Assembly: GCA_029263315.1 (NCBI GenBank)
Contig: JAJCXR010000024.1
Coordinates: forward strand, 124,526-188,525
Source: Acidobacteriota bacterium
GTDB taxonomy: Bacteria > Acidobacteriota > Thermoanaerobaculia > Multivoradales > J023
Direction: 5' to 3'
DNA length: 64,000 nt
In this document: one piece after another, positions 29,228-38,463 of the stretch
Numbering within the stretch: the stretch's first letter is position 1
Layout of the letters: each line of letters opens with the position of its first letter
Position numbers and translations under genes: made by a program
Notes under the pieces: generated by a model
Told to the model about the DNA's origin: nothing
What the model saw: the letters and a program-made list of their open reading frames with translations, nothing else
Databases searched by the model: none

Positions 29228-30125
29228 AAGCGCCACTGCCAGCAAGAAACGCGGCTTGCCCGAAAGGGTCCGCATGCGTGCGACGAGCCATTTTGTCGAT
29301 GAGCTCACGAGCCGCAACGAAGAAGAAGCCATTGGGCGAATGATTCCTATTTCTTCTATTGAGCCGGATCCTTCCCAGCCCAGAACATCGATGGGTGACC
29401 TGTCCGAGCTCGCCAAGTCCATCCGCGACAAGGGGGTCCTGGAGCCCATTCTGGTGCGTCCCTTGGAGAGGGCGCTGCCGTCGGGGGCCCAATTTCTCAT
29501 CATCAGCGGTGAGCGGCGTTACCGGGCTTCCATGGAAGCCGGCCTATCGGAAGTGCCCGCCATCGAGATGCCGGTCTCCGTCGAAGAAGCCCTCGAGATT
29601 GCTCTCATCGAGAATCTCCAACGCAAGGACCTGACGCCCTTCGAAGAGGCGGAAGGTTATAAGGCGCTGGCGGAGCGCTTTGACTACACCCATGAGCAGA
29701 TTTCTGAGGCGGTGGGGAAGTCCCGTACCGTCGTTACGGAGAGCTTTGCCCTCCTGCAGATGTCACGCCGGGTACGTGAGGCGGCGGACGCCTTGGGCAT
29801 TCATACCAAGTCCTTGCTGCTGGAAGTGCTGAAGTGCGATACCGAGGATGAGATGATTTCATTGCTCGAGGAAGTCAACCTACATGGGTTGAGCCGTGAC
29901 GATCTACGTCGCCAGAAACGCGGCGCTAAGACGTCGGGCGGTGCCACCAAGAGACGTCCCTTTGTTTTCAATTTCAAGGCCCCCGACAAGAGCTACAGCC
30001 TGGCGTTGAAGTTTCGGCAGACGGATGTCAGCAAAGGCGAGTTGATCACGGCATTGGAGCGGATTCTCTTGGATCTCAAGGCCGAGAATCTAGACGCAGC
30101 CGCGGCCGAGAAGCCGACCCACTAG
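29220..30125 (+). CDS. parB: ParB/Spo0J family CTPase DNA-binding protein
   Basis: Basic N-terminal peptide KKRGL, QPR, GVLEPILV, CTPase motif SGERRYRA, ENLQRKDL, HTH; overlaps the parA stop. Confidence 0.93.
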   Translation: MSRSATASKKRGLPERVRMRATSHFVDELTSRNEEEAIGRMIPISSIEPDPSQPRTSMGDLSELAKSIRDKGVLEPILVRPLERALPSGAQFLIISGERRYRASMEAGLSEVPAIEMPVSVEEALEIALIENLQRKDLTPFEEAEGYKALAERFDYTHEQISEAVGKSRTVVTESFALLQMSRRVREAADALGIHTKSLLLEVLKCDTEDEMISLLEEVNLHGLSRDDLRRQKRGAKTSGGATKRRPFVFNFKAPDKSYSLALKFRQTDVSKGELITALERILLDLKAENLDAAAAEKPTH

Positions 30126-30157
30126 CAGCCTGAGCAACGCTCCACGGGGCATCCATG

Positions 30158-30196
30158 AGCCGCCAGCCTGAGAGGGTTTGGCGGCTTTGTTGTTTC
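30158..30196 (+). terminator. Intrinsic terminator of parAB (3' arm duplicated)
   Basis: AGCCGCCAG-loop-TTGGCGGCT followed by TTGTTGTTT; 25-bp unit AGGGTTTGGCGGCTTTGTTGTTTCT repeated at 30173-30197 and 30198-30222. Confidence 0.7.
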
Positions 30197-30267
30197 TAGG
30201 GTTTGGCGGCTTTGTTGTTTCTAGGATGGGGATAACCCGTTCAAGGGTGTTGCTCTTCATGGTCTGA

Positions 30268-30295
30268 GGTTAACATAATGTATCTTATCGGACCT
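30268..30295 (-). other. dif-like XerC/XerD recombination site
   Basis: Minus strand AGGTCCGATAA-GATACA-TTATGTTAACC: 11-6-11 layout, inner ATAA/TTAT symmetry, XerD arm matching E. coli TTATGTTAAAT at 9/11; intergenic and AT-rich in a GC-rich genome. Confidence 0.85.
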
Positions 30296-30449
30296 TGGAT
30301 ATGGCGTGAATATACGCCGTGAAGTGGCCCCGTGGAACCCGCCATCGAGGCTCAATCCTCCGTGCTAGCATCTCCCTTCGCAGCTTGCTGCCACTCTCGA
30401 GCTCCCACCGGTAGCCGAATCAAGACGGCGGCAACCACTTGCCAAGACG

Positions 30450-31547
30450 ATGTCAACCAAGACGTCAACTAAGACGATGTCAACCACGATGTCTGCTCAG
30501 CCATCTGCCCAAGACCGCCGCATCCTGGCGCTGTTGCTACATCTGCAGCGCTGGCCCTTCGACGCCATCACCGGCGACGACTTACGGCTCGACCACCGAA
30601 CCCTCGAGTCTCAGGCGCGGCAGGTCTTTCCCGAGTTGCCGCAGGATGCGTGGCCCTCCGACTGGCAAGGAGCTCTGCTGACGCTCTGCGAGCAAAACTG
30701 GTTGCACGGCCTGCCCGGTGACCCCGCGGCGACCTTTGGGCTGACTCCCGCCGGACGTGAGCTGGCACGGGGGTTCCACCGTGAGCTCATGGCAAAGGGC
30801 TTCGATGAGTTGCTGGTGGATGCCCTCGACAGCCCCGCCTACGCCTCCTTTTGTCGGCGATCCATGGGACTCGACATCGGGCATTTCAGCCCGGTGGACG
30901 CCATCCAGGTATCTTTGCTGGCCTCCATGCTGAAGGGCCTGGACCGATCGAAGCCGCCGGGCCGGCCGTTCCGTTGGCTGGACTTGGGCTGTGGCGCCGG
31001 AAACATGACGGCCTGGCTGGCCCGCCAACTCGGCACGGCGGTGGCCTATGGCGTCGACCTCGCGTCCGAGGCCATCGCCGTGGGACGTCGTCGGCACGCC
31101 GACCTCGGGCAACGGCTGCATCTTCATGTGGCCGATGTGCACGATCTGCGTGTTTTGCCCGCCGCCTCCTTCGACGCCTTGGTGGCGGTTGACGTGCTGG
31201 CGTTTGTCGATGAACCTGAAATCGCCTTGCGGCGTTGGCTCCGCCTGCTGGCCCCTGGGGGACGAGCCCTGGTCCTGGGTTCGTCGAGGGGCGGCACGCA
31301 GAAAGCGCGATTCGAGGTTGGGTTGCTCGGAAGATACACCCCTCCCCCACTGGTGGTCGATTTGACCTCCCTCGATCGACATCTGTGGCGCTCACAGCGG
31401 CGGATTCTGGCGGTCATGGGCAAGGACTTCGAGGGCGAAGGTCGGCTTCCCCTCTACCGCCTGCTGTGCCAAGAGGCCCGGCGGTGTGGCCGATGGGCCG
31501 AAGCCGGGTCCACTCGGCGCACCTTGACGGTACTGCGGACTGTATAA
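30450..31547 (+). CDS. Class I SAM-dependent methyltransferase with N-terminal winged-helix-like extension
   Basis: WLDLGCGAG, YGVDLA, FDALVAVD, LLAPGGR; start uncertain (several ATGs in a repeat). Confidence 0.8.
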   Translation: MSTKTSTKTMSTTMSAQPSAQDRRILALLLHLQRWPFDAITGDDLRLDHRTLESQARQVFPELPQDAWPSDWQGALLTLCEQNWLHGLPGDPAATFGLTPAGRELARGFHRELMAKGFDELLVDALDSPAYASFCRRSMGLDIGHFSPVDAIQVSLLASMLKGLDRSKPPGRPFRWLDLGCGAGNMTAWLARQLGTAVAYGVDLASEAIAVGRRRHADLGQRLHLHVADVHDLRVLPAASFDALVAVDVLAFVDEPEIALRRWLRLLAPGGRALVLGSSRGGTQKARFEVGLLGRYTPPPLVVDLTSLDRHLWRSQRRILAVMGKDFEGEGRLPLYRLLCQEARRCGRWAEAGSTRRTLTVLRTV

Positions 31548-31558
31548 TCCACCACCTT

Positions 31559-33958
31559 ATGTTTCGACTCGATCGCTACATCTTTGCCGAGATCCTCGGC
31601 CCTCTCACCCTCGGATTCTTCGTCTACACCTCGATCCTGCTGATGCAGGCCCTCTTCAAAGCTGCGGAGCTGATTATCCGCAGCGGCGTCGATGTGGCGA
31701 CGGTGGGACGCTTGCTCCTGCTTTCCCTGCCTTGGATCGTCGTCATGACGATCCCCATGTCGTTCCTCTTTGGCATTCTCATCGCCGTCGGTCGATTGTC
31801 TTCGGACAGTGAGCTCATCGCTTTGCGCTCGAGCGGCGTCAGCCTGTTCTCCCTCTACCGTCCCATCTTGGTGCTGTCCTTGCTCCTGACAGGCCTCAAC
31901 ACCTACTTGATGGTCAAGGTGCTGCCGGAGGGAAACCATGCGCTGCAACAATTGCGCATCGACATCCTCACCCAGAGCATCACCGAAGAAGTGACGCCAC
32001 GTATTCCCCACACCAGTTGGCAGGACAAGATGCTCTACGTCTTCGAGACGCCCCCCGGCGAGCAACGTTGGCGGGGGTTGTTCCTGTCGGACGCGGTGCC
32101 GACGCGGGAGACGGAAGTCACCATCGCCGAATGGGGCCGCGCCGAACCGGACGGCGATCAGGTGGTGCTGTCCTTGGAGGGGGCCTACAGCCACGTCGTC
32201 GATCTGTATCGACCGGAGCAGTATCGGCTGGCTTACCATCGAGATCTGCTGGTGCGTCTGGCGAGCTTTTCGCGGCAGCGGGCCGGTGCCTCGGTCAAGC
32301 GAAGCTTGCGGGAGCTGTCGCTGGATCAGCTCTTCGAAAGGGCCGCCGACACCAACTATCCAGACTCGGTGCGCAACTTGGCCAAGGTGGAGATCCAGAA
32401 GAAGTTCAGCATTCCGGCGGCCTGCCTGGTGTTCGGCCTGCTCGGTCTGCCCTTGGGTTTCAGCAATTCCAGGGGCGGCCGCTCTTCCGGTTTTGCCATC
32501 TCCATCGGCGTCATCCTGGTCTACTACATCTTGCTCAATTCCGGCGAGGATATCGCCCGCGAAGGGACGGTGCCCGCCTGGCTCGCCGTTTGGTTTCCCA
32601 ACGTTCTCCTGCTGATGATCGGTCTTTTCCTCTTGGCGCGGCGCAATCGTGACAAGAGCCTGCTGCTGACCAATTTGGACCGTTGGATTCAAGATCGCCT
32701 CTGGGGGCGCATCCTGACCTTTCAGGCCCGCCGTGAGGAGAACCGCGCCAAACACAAGGCGCAGGCCCAGGCGGCACGGGCAGAGCGGCGGCGGCGGAAA
32801 CGACGCGAGGAGGATGGCTCCTCCACCGAAGGCCGGGTCCTCTTCAAGCTGCCGGATTTGCGTCTGCGTTTTCCCAACTCGATGGACCGCTACATCCTGC
32901 GGACTTTCCTTCGGGTCCTCCTGCTGGCGGTGCTCTCCGGCACCATGGTTTACTTGGTGGCGGACTTGACGGACAACTTCGACAAGATCCTGGAGAACGA
33001 AATCCCGCGGCATGTGATCTTCGACTATTACAAGTTCAAGTCATTGGCCATCGTCTACGAGATTTCGCCGATCATCGTCCTGGTGTCGACGTTGATCACC
33101 TTCGGCCTGCTGTCGCGGACCAATGAGATCATCGCCTGCAAGGCTCTCGGTATGAGCCTTTACCGCCTCTCCGTGCCGGTGATTCTGGCCGCCACCTTGA
33201 TCTCCGCAGTGGGCGGCCTATTGGAATCGGAGGTCTTGGCGGCGTCCAATGAGCGGGTGACGGAGCTCAAGGCGATCATCAAGGGGCAAGCCGTGCCGCG
33301 GGGTGGCGGCAGCGGGCACCGATGGCTTTACGGCAAGGACAATCGTCTCTACAACTTCGCCTTCTTCGATACCACGGAGCAAGAGCTGCACCGGCTGCAG
33401 ATCTTTCAGTTCGACAAAGACGTCAAATCCATCACCGGTCGCCTGATGGCGGATCGGGCGAAATATATGGAAGACGGCTGGTGGATGCTCTCCTCCGGCT
33501 GGACACGCTCCTTCGAGGGGACCGAGTCGACGGATTTCAGCAGCTTCACCGAGCCGAGAAAATATCGTTTGGAAGAAACCCCCGACTACTTCGGGGGCGC
33601 CCTGAGCCTGCCGGAGGAAATGAGCTACAACCAACTCCGCAGCTACATCGACGAGCTCCGGCAAAGTGGACAATCGGTGCCGGATCTCGAAGTCGCCCTG
33701 CACAACAAGATCGCTTATCCCGTGATCTCGTTGGTCATGGCTTTGGTGGCCCTGCCCTTTGCCTTCCGGCTGGGACGCCAGGGGGCCCTCTATGGCATTG
33801 GGCTGTCGCTGGTTCTCGGAGTGATTCTGCTGGTGGTCCTCGGGGTGTTCCGGGCCCTGGGTGAGAATGGGGTCTTGCCGCCGCTGATAGCGGTTTGGAG
33901 CCCCAGTTTGATTTTCACCGTCTTTTCGATGTATCTGTTTCTCGGGGTCCGGACCTAG
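31559..33958 (+). CDS. Fused LptF-LptG LPS export permease
   Basis: Two YjgP/YjgQ halves: LDRYIFAE..GRLSSDSELIALRSSG and MDRYILR..LSRTNEIIACKALG; ATG at 31559. Confidence 0.92.
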   Translation: MFRLDRYIFAEILGPLTLGFFVYTSILLMQALFKAAELIIRSGVDVATVGRLLLLSLPWIVVMTIPMSFLFGILIAVGRLSSDSELIALRSSGVSLFSLYRPILVLSLLLTGLNTYLMVKVLPEGNHALQQLRIDILTQSITEEVTPRIPHTSWQDKMLYVFETPPGEQRWRGLFLSDAVPTRETEVTIAEWGRAEPDGDQVVLSLEGAYSHVVDLYRPEQYRLAYHRDLLVRLASFSRQRAGASVKRSLRELSLDQLFERAADTNYPDSVRNLAKVEIQKKFSIPAACLVFGLLGLPLGFSNSRGGRSSGFAISIGVILVYYILLNSGEDIAREGTVPAWLAVWFPNVLLLMIGLFLLARRNRDKSLLLTNLDRWIQDRLWGRILTFQARREENRAKHKAQAQAARAERRRRKRREEDGSSTEGRVLFKLPDLRLRFPNSMDRYILRTFLRVLLLAVLSGTMVYLVADLTDNFDKILENEIPRHVIFDYYKFKSLAIVYEISPIIVLVSTLITFGLLSRTNEIIACKALGMSLYRLSVPVILAATLISAVGGLLESEVLAASNERVTELKAIIKGQAVPRGGGSGHRWLYGKDNRLYNFAFFDTTEQELHRLQIFQFDKDVKSITGRLMADRAKYMEDGWWMLSSGWTRSFEGTESTDFSSFTEPRKYRLEETPDYFGGALSLPEEMSYNQLRSYIDELRQSGQSVPDLEVALHNKIAYPVISLVMALVALPFAFRLGRQGALYGIGLSLVLGVILLVVLGVFRALGENGVLPPLIAVWSPSLIFTVFSMYLFLGVRT

Positions 33959-33990
33959 CAGCCTGAGCCCCCGAATGCGAGATGGGATGA

Positions 33991-34485
33991 TTATTGTCTT
34001 CCGTGGTCCTTGGCAATCGCTCCGCCGAGTCTGCGGTAAGACGCCTCCATACCGTCTTCCATTCCCGAAGCCAGCATGGCTTCACGGGTCTTCTCGTCGG
34101 GGAGTGTCATCCGCATGGTCATCAAGGTGCCGCCGTTTTTGGCCTCGAAGCGGGTTTCGATGTGGTTTTCCGGCGTCGGCCCTGGGAGATGCATGCGCTC
34201 AATATGAACGATCCGCGAGAACGGCTCGAGCTCGATGAATTCACCGGTTATATAGAACCCGCCACCCTTTCCATCCGACCATTCGTAACGAAATTTTCCG
34301 CCGGGAACAGCGTCATTGATGCACACCGGCATGGTCCATTTTTCCGGCCCAAGCATCCACTGCTGAATGAGATCCGGGTCCGTATGTGCACGGAAGACGG
34401 CCTCGGGTGAGGCGGCAAACTGACGGGTGATGACGATGTGCCGGTCACCCTCGATGGTCAGTTTGAGCTGCGTAGAGATGGTCAT
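33991..34485 (-). CDS. SRPBCC/AHSA1 domain protein
   Basis: ITRQFAASPEAVFRAHTDP..W, PGGKFRYEW, GMEDGMEASY. Confidence 0.9.
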   Translation of the reverse strand: MTISTQLKLTIEGDRHIVITRQFAASPEAVFRAHTDPDLIQQWMLGPEKWTMPVCINDAVPGGKFRYEWSDGKGGGFYITGEFIELEPFSRIVHIERMHLPGPTPENHIETRFEAKNGGTLMTMRMTLPDEKTREAMLASGMEDGMEASYRRLGGAIAKDHGRQ

Positions 34486-34832
34486 GGTGGTGGTTCCTTA
34501 TGTGGTTCGCTTGGACCGACAGCCAAGAGCTCATCGAGCCGGTCATAGTTGGAAGACATGGCGTTCCGCAGCTCATTCAGCCATTGATCGATCGGAGCGA
34601 GCCCGTCCGCAGCAAGGGCACAGGGGCGGCGCGACCCGTCGACGCGGCGGTGGATCAACCCGGCATTTTCGAGCACCTTGAGATGCTTGGAAATAGCTGG
34701 CTGGCTCATTTCGAACGGTTCTGCGAGCTCCATCACTCCGAGCTCACCCGAGGCCAAGCGCGCTAGAAGGGCGCGTCGTGTCGGATCAGCGAGAGCAGTG
34801 AGAACAACGGTGAGCTGTTCTGCGGTTTTCAT
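34482..34832 (-). CDS. ArsR/SmtB family regulator (SRPBCC-associated type)
   Basis: ALADPTRRALL, MSQPAISKHLKVLENAGLI. Confidence 0.92.
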   Translation of the reverse strand: MKTAEQLTVVLTALADPTRRALLARLASGELGVMELAEPFEMSQPAISKHLKVLENAGLIHRRVDGSRRPCALAADGLAPIDQWLNELRNAMSSNYDRLDELLAVGPSEPHKEPPP

Positions 34833-34838
34833 GCTCTC

Positions 34839-34867
34839 AATATAACCGAGAGGTTATATTCTGTCAA
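34839..34867 (-). promoter_or_regulatory. sigma70 promoter and palindromic operator of the arsR-SRPBCC operon (probably leaderless)
   Basis: Minus strand TTGACA-N17-TATATT, 6 nt before the ATG; overlaps perfect IR AATATAACC-GAGA-GGTTATATT (34839-34860). Confidence 0.8.
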
Positions 34868-35140
34868 AGTTATACATTAGGGCGACAAGACTCCCCTCCC
34901 CCAACCGTTTGGGAAGCGGACTGTGGATCGGTACTCAGCGAGGGCCGCCTTCCCCTCAAGATCGATTCGGCTTGAATTTGAGGAGCTCAAGTGTTCGTAC
35001 TTAGTTTCTTCTACGGCAAGCTCGGCCGAGCCGACTGGCGAGATGTTGATTGACTAGGGAAGACGGCAGGCTGCTTGATTCTGATCCTGGCCTCGATCAT
35101 TCACGCTTCCTCCCTTTCTGCACAAATCTGCTGAGTATGC

Positions 35141-35563
35141 TCAGAGGGCACCTCTTTCCGCAACCCTGAGCGCGTCGAGGATAGGGCACTCGCTGGTCGG
35201 TCCGGCGCCCCCCTGACACGTCTCTGTCAGACGGCCCAAAGCGTCTTCGATGCGGCGTAGCGACGCGATCTTTTCCCTTACGTCGCGGAGCCTATCTTCC
35301 GCTCGTTCCTTGACCTCGCTACAGGTCGCTGCCGGATCGACGCGCAGCGACAGCAGCTCACCGATCTCGTCAAGGGAGAAGCCAAGCTGCTGGGCCCTAT
35401 GGATGAATCGGATCCGTGGGATCGTGCTCGCCGGAAAAGCGCGATAGCCAGAAGCGCGACGTGGCGCCTGCGGGATCAAACCACGGCGCTCGTAGTAGCG
35501 GATGGCCTCCACCCGCATCTCGGTAGCCGCGGCTACCTCGCCTATCGACAAAGCCGTAGTCAT
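35141..35563 (-). CDS. MerR-family heavy-metal-responsive regulator
   Basis: IGEVA..IRYYERRGLI, GFSLDEIGELL, three Cys (TCSEV, TCQG, ECPIL). Confidence 0.93.
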   Translation of the reverse strand: MTTALSIGEVAAATEMRVEAIRYYERRGLIPQAPRRASGYRAFPASTIPRIRFIHRAQQLGFSLDEIGELLSLRVDPAATCSEVKERAEDRLRDVREKIASLRRIEDALGRLTETCQGGAGPTSECPILDALRVAERGAL

Positions 35564-36576
35564 TCATTGCTCCCTTGAGTGTTCGCCCGATGGCCTTGGC
35601 CAGGCGCGAACTTCTGAATGCGATGGTTTCCGAAGTCCACCACGTAGACGTTACCATCGTTATCCACCGCGACATCGGTCGGCCGGTCAAGCTTGCCAAG
35701 TGCCGAACCCTCGGCGCCGATGATCGCCAGGTGCTCGCCCTCGGTCGTCAGTTTCCGGACTTGGTGGCTGTAGAAGTCAGCGACGAAGATGGCGCCGTCT
35801 GGACCTACGGCGACCGCCGTCGCGGTGCGGAACTTGCCTCGATCGCCATCGGTACCTGAGGAGGTCGAGCCATTCCACAAGCGTAGGAAGCTCCCCCCCT
35901 TGTGGAAAATCTGGACGCGATCATTGTAGGCGTCGGCAACAACCAAGCTCCCATCGCTGAGCAGGGCCACATCGGTGGGGTACTGAAACCGTCCCGGCTC
36001 GGATCCCGTTCGGCCGGTTTCTCCCAGCTGGCGGATCAACTCTCCTGCCGAGGTCATGACCTGGATCCGCTGGTTGTAGAAGTCCGCCACGTAGAGCTTC
36101 CCTTCGGCGTCGACATCGACCCCTGCCGGCGCGTCGAACTGGCCGGGTCCGGATCCAGGCATGCCCAGGATCTCTTGAGAGATCCCCGCCGGCGAGAAGA
36201 CCTGGATGCGGTCGTTTAGGTATTCCGCGACGTACAACCTGCCATCGCGGAATGCGAGATGCATCGGCCGCGCAAGTTCCCCTGCTGCGCTTCCTTCTTT
36301 GCCGAAGGCACGAACGAATCGGCCTGCGAGGTCGAATACCTGAATGCGGTGATTGCCCGCGTCGCTGACGTAGACCTCACCCTGCGCCACGGCGATCCCG
36401 ATCGGTTGGCGCAGGTCTCCAGGTCGAAACCCCTCCTGGCCCCAGGTCGAGACAAATCGGTAGCCGCCGTTCGGCAGCGGCAGCTCCCCCGCTCCTACCT
36501 CGCTGACGCCGGTGCTCGACACGCTAGCTGCGAGGCTGAGAGCGAACAGGTAGGTGGTACAGCGGCGCCACATCAC
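35560..36576 (-). CDS. Secreted NHL-repeat beta-propeller protein
   Basis: Signal peptide; about six repeats of the P.gva..G.lYVaD..N.RIQvF type. Confidence 0.88.
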   Translation of the reverse strand: MMWRRCTTYLFALSLAASVSSTGVSEVGAGELPLPNGGYRFVSTWGQEGFRPGDLRQPIGIAVAQGEVYVSDAGNHRIQVFDLAGRFVRAFGKEGSAAGELARPMHLAFRDGRLYVAEYLNDRIQVFSPAGISQEILGMPGSGPGQFDAPAGVDVDAEGKLYVADFYNQRIQVMTSAGELIRQLGETGRTGSEPGRFQYPTDVALLSDGSLVVADAYNDRVQIFHKGGSFLRLWNGSTSSGTDGDRGKFRTATAVAVGPDGAIFVADFYSHQVRKLTTEGEHLAIIGAEGSALGKLDRPTDVAVDNDGNVYVVDFGNHRIQKFAPGQGHRANTQGSNE

Positions 36577-37502
36577 CAGTTCACCCGCATGCTCAAGATG
36601 GCGGTGCCATCGGGTTCTAGGGCAGCGCCATGGAGCGCTCTTACAATTGGAATCTGCACTCCGGCTTCGACGATCAACCTCTTGCTGACGAGCTGAATGC
36701 CCGGTGCCAAGTAGGCGATGAAGCCGCCCGAGTCTGGATCAGCCAGGCCGCCGGCACGATTTCGGCCGGCCCACACCAGATTGCTCTCCAGGACGCCGTA
36801 GAGGAACCGGGGCAGCCCGGCCTTCAGGCGACGCGGCAGGAGCCGGTGTTGGTACGAGATGTCGAGCCGCGCCTCGTCGCCAAGCTCGAAAGCGTTGGCT
36901 TGGTCGTTGACTCGGTAGGCAATGGAGGTATCGAGCTGCCAGCCCAGAGTTTGCCAGGTGGCGACCGAACCGAAGGCGAGATCCCAGGAACCCGAGCCGA
37001 GCTGAAGCGGCGGTGGAAGCCCGCCCAGGCCATCGCGCCGGTCGTCCTCGCCGGTGGGCGCCTCGACGCCGAGGAACGGTGCCAGGCGAAAGGTTCGTCC
37101 CGGCCGGTCGCGACGAAACAGCGTATAGCGGCCCAACAAGGTGACGTCGCCCAGGCCAGAGACCTGTCGTCGCTTGCGACCGTTCGACGTCGTGAGAGCA
37201 AGCTGCTTGTCGAGGATCGGAAGAATGGCAAAGAGGGCCAGCTTGTCGGTGACACCGTAGACCCCAACCAGGGACAGAGCTTCGACCTCCAACTTTCGCT
37301 GCGCTGAAGTCGGGTCACCGGTCGACCGGAGGTACCTCGTCTGGATACGAACGATCCCTTCTCCTTCGGCGACCGGCAGGGCCGTGTTGAAGGTAATCGG
37401 TGCAGCAGCAACGTGCACGACCGCAAGACTTACACCGAAGCCCCAGACAGCGAAGACCGCCATTGGCAGAATTGCATTTCTCTGGCCAATTCGTTGCCTC
37501 AC
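36573..37502 (-). CDS. Putative outer-membrane beta-barrel (transporter/MetA-pathway-like)
   Basis: Signal peptide, GLGDVTL, APTG, QLGSGSWD motifs, amphipathic strands, C-terminal aromatic W. Confidence 0.75.
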   Translation of the reverse strand: MRQRIGQRNAILPMAVFAVWGFGVSLAVVHVAAAPITFNTALPVAEGEGIVRIQTRYLRSTGDPTSAQRKLEVEALSLVGVYGVTDKLALFAILPILDKQLALTTSNGRKRRQVSGLGDVTLLGRYTLFRRDRPGRTFRLAPFLGVEAPTGEDDRRDGLGGLPPPLQLGSGSWDLAFGSVATWQTLGWQLDTSIAYRVNDQANAFELGDEARLDISYQHRLLPRRLKAGLPRFLYGVLESNLVWAGRNRAGGLADPDSGGFIAYLAPGIQLVSKRLIVEAGVQIPIVRALHGAALEPDGTAILSMRVNW

Positions 37503-38005
37503 CTTCGCACCTCTTCAATGTGCTCGGGAGACAGCGCCGGACCAGCGTCTGACCATCGAATCTCTCCACGCAGGGTCACCGGTATGTCGCCTCGAAGAAA
37601 CTCGAGCAGACGCAGGGCGATCTCATCAGCAACATCGACCAACAACAGGCTTCCTTCGTCGTTCTCGAAGCGTAGCTGAAGGTCGCCTTCCTTTGGCCCG
37701 GCAACGACTCGGCCAGTGACCTCGATGTCCAAACTACCGGGGGTGAAGCCGGCCTTCTCGACAGCTCGTCGGACCTCTTGGACATCGATGGACTGGCCCT
37801 GTTCAGCGATGACTCGCGCTTGACCTGCCACGAGGTCGATTGTCACCTTCTCGACCGCGTCTACCTTCAAGAGGCGCTTTTCGATACCGTATCCGCAGAA
37901 CGGGCAGGCCATGCCGTCGACTGCAACCGTGGCCTTGATGACCTGGGCAGGGAGCGGACTGGCGAGCAACAGAATTAGTAGCAACGGTTTCCAAACAAGC
38001 CGCAT
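37499..38005 (-). CDS. Periplasmic heavy-metal-associated (HMA) domain protein with extra C-terminal domain
   Basis: Signal peptide then VDGMACPFC; AAGGAG RBS before ATG at 38005. Confidence 0.85.
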   Translation of the reverse strand: MRLVWKPLLLILLLASPLPAQVIKATVAVDGMACPFCGYGIEKRLLKVDAVEKVTIDLVAGQARVIAEQGQSIDVQEVRRAVEKAGFTPGSLDIEVTGRVVAGPKEGDLQLRFENDEGSLLLVDVADEIALRLLEFLRGDIPVTLRGEIRWSDAGPALSPEHIEEVRR

Positions 38006-38049
38006 GGCATCGCTCTCCTTCTGCGATTGGGAGCTTGGGCCCTTCAGCT

Positions 38050-38322
38050 TCACGCCTCCCCCTCCACGGATTGGCCGAGACCGACCTCGCGCAGCCGAGC
38101 GAGGTCCACACCGCCGCGGCAGCAGTCGGCGAGAACGCCGTCTATAACTACCGAGGGGGCTCTCGCTACGCCCTGAGCTCGAGCACGTTCCGCTACAGAG
38201 GCATCCCGAAGATCGGACACACTCACGTCACAGGAGGTGCACGCTAATTCACCTACCGCAGTGACGACCTCGTCGCACAATGGGCAACCTGCGCTGAAAA
38301 TCTCTATCGTTAGCTGACTCAT
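38050..38322 (-). CDS. Small Cys-rich thioredoxin/glutaredoxin-like protein
   Basis: IEIFSAGCPLC, CTSC, PSVVIDG, CC; AAGGAG RBS before ATG at 38322. Confidence 0.85.
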   Translation of the reverse strand: MSQLTIEIFSAGCPLCDEVVTAVGELACTSCDVSVSDLRDASVAERARAQGVARAPSVVIDGVLADCCRGGVDLARLREVGLGQSVEGEA

Positions 38323-38463
38323 GGGTCGACTCCTTTCTTCCAAGTTGCAACAGAGGCACATCTTGGCATTCTTGTCGGAGAAGAAATGTGTACTGAGGCG
38401 GAACACGATCGTTACGCCAGCCAGGAGAGCCGCGGCGCGATGCCTCTCCCGGCATGCAGGAAG

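Noticed and set aside
38323-38406. Cys-rich N-terminal extension (MCLCC) of the thioredoxin-like gene
   Set aside because: The strong RBS precedes the ATG at 38322 and the upstream starts lack one; probably untranslated leader.
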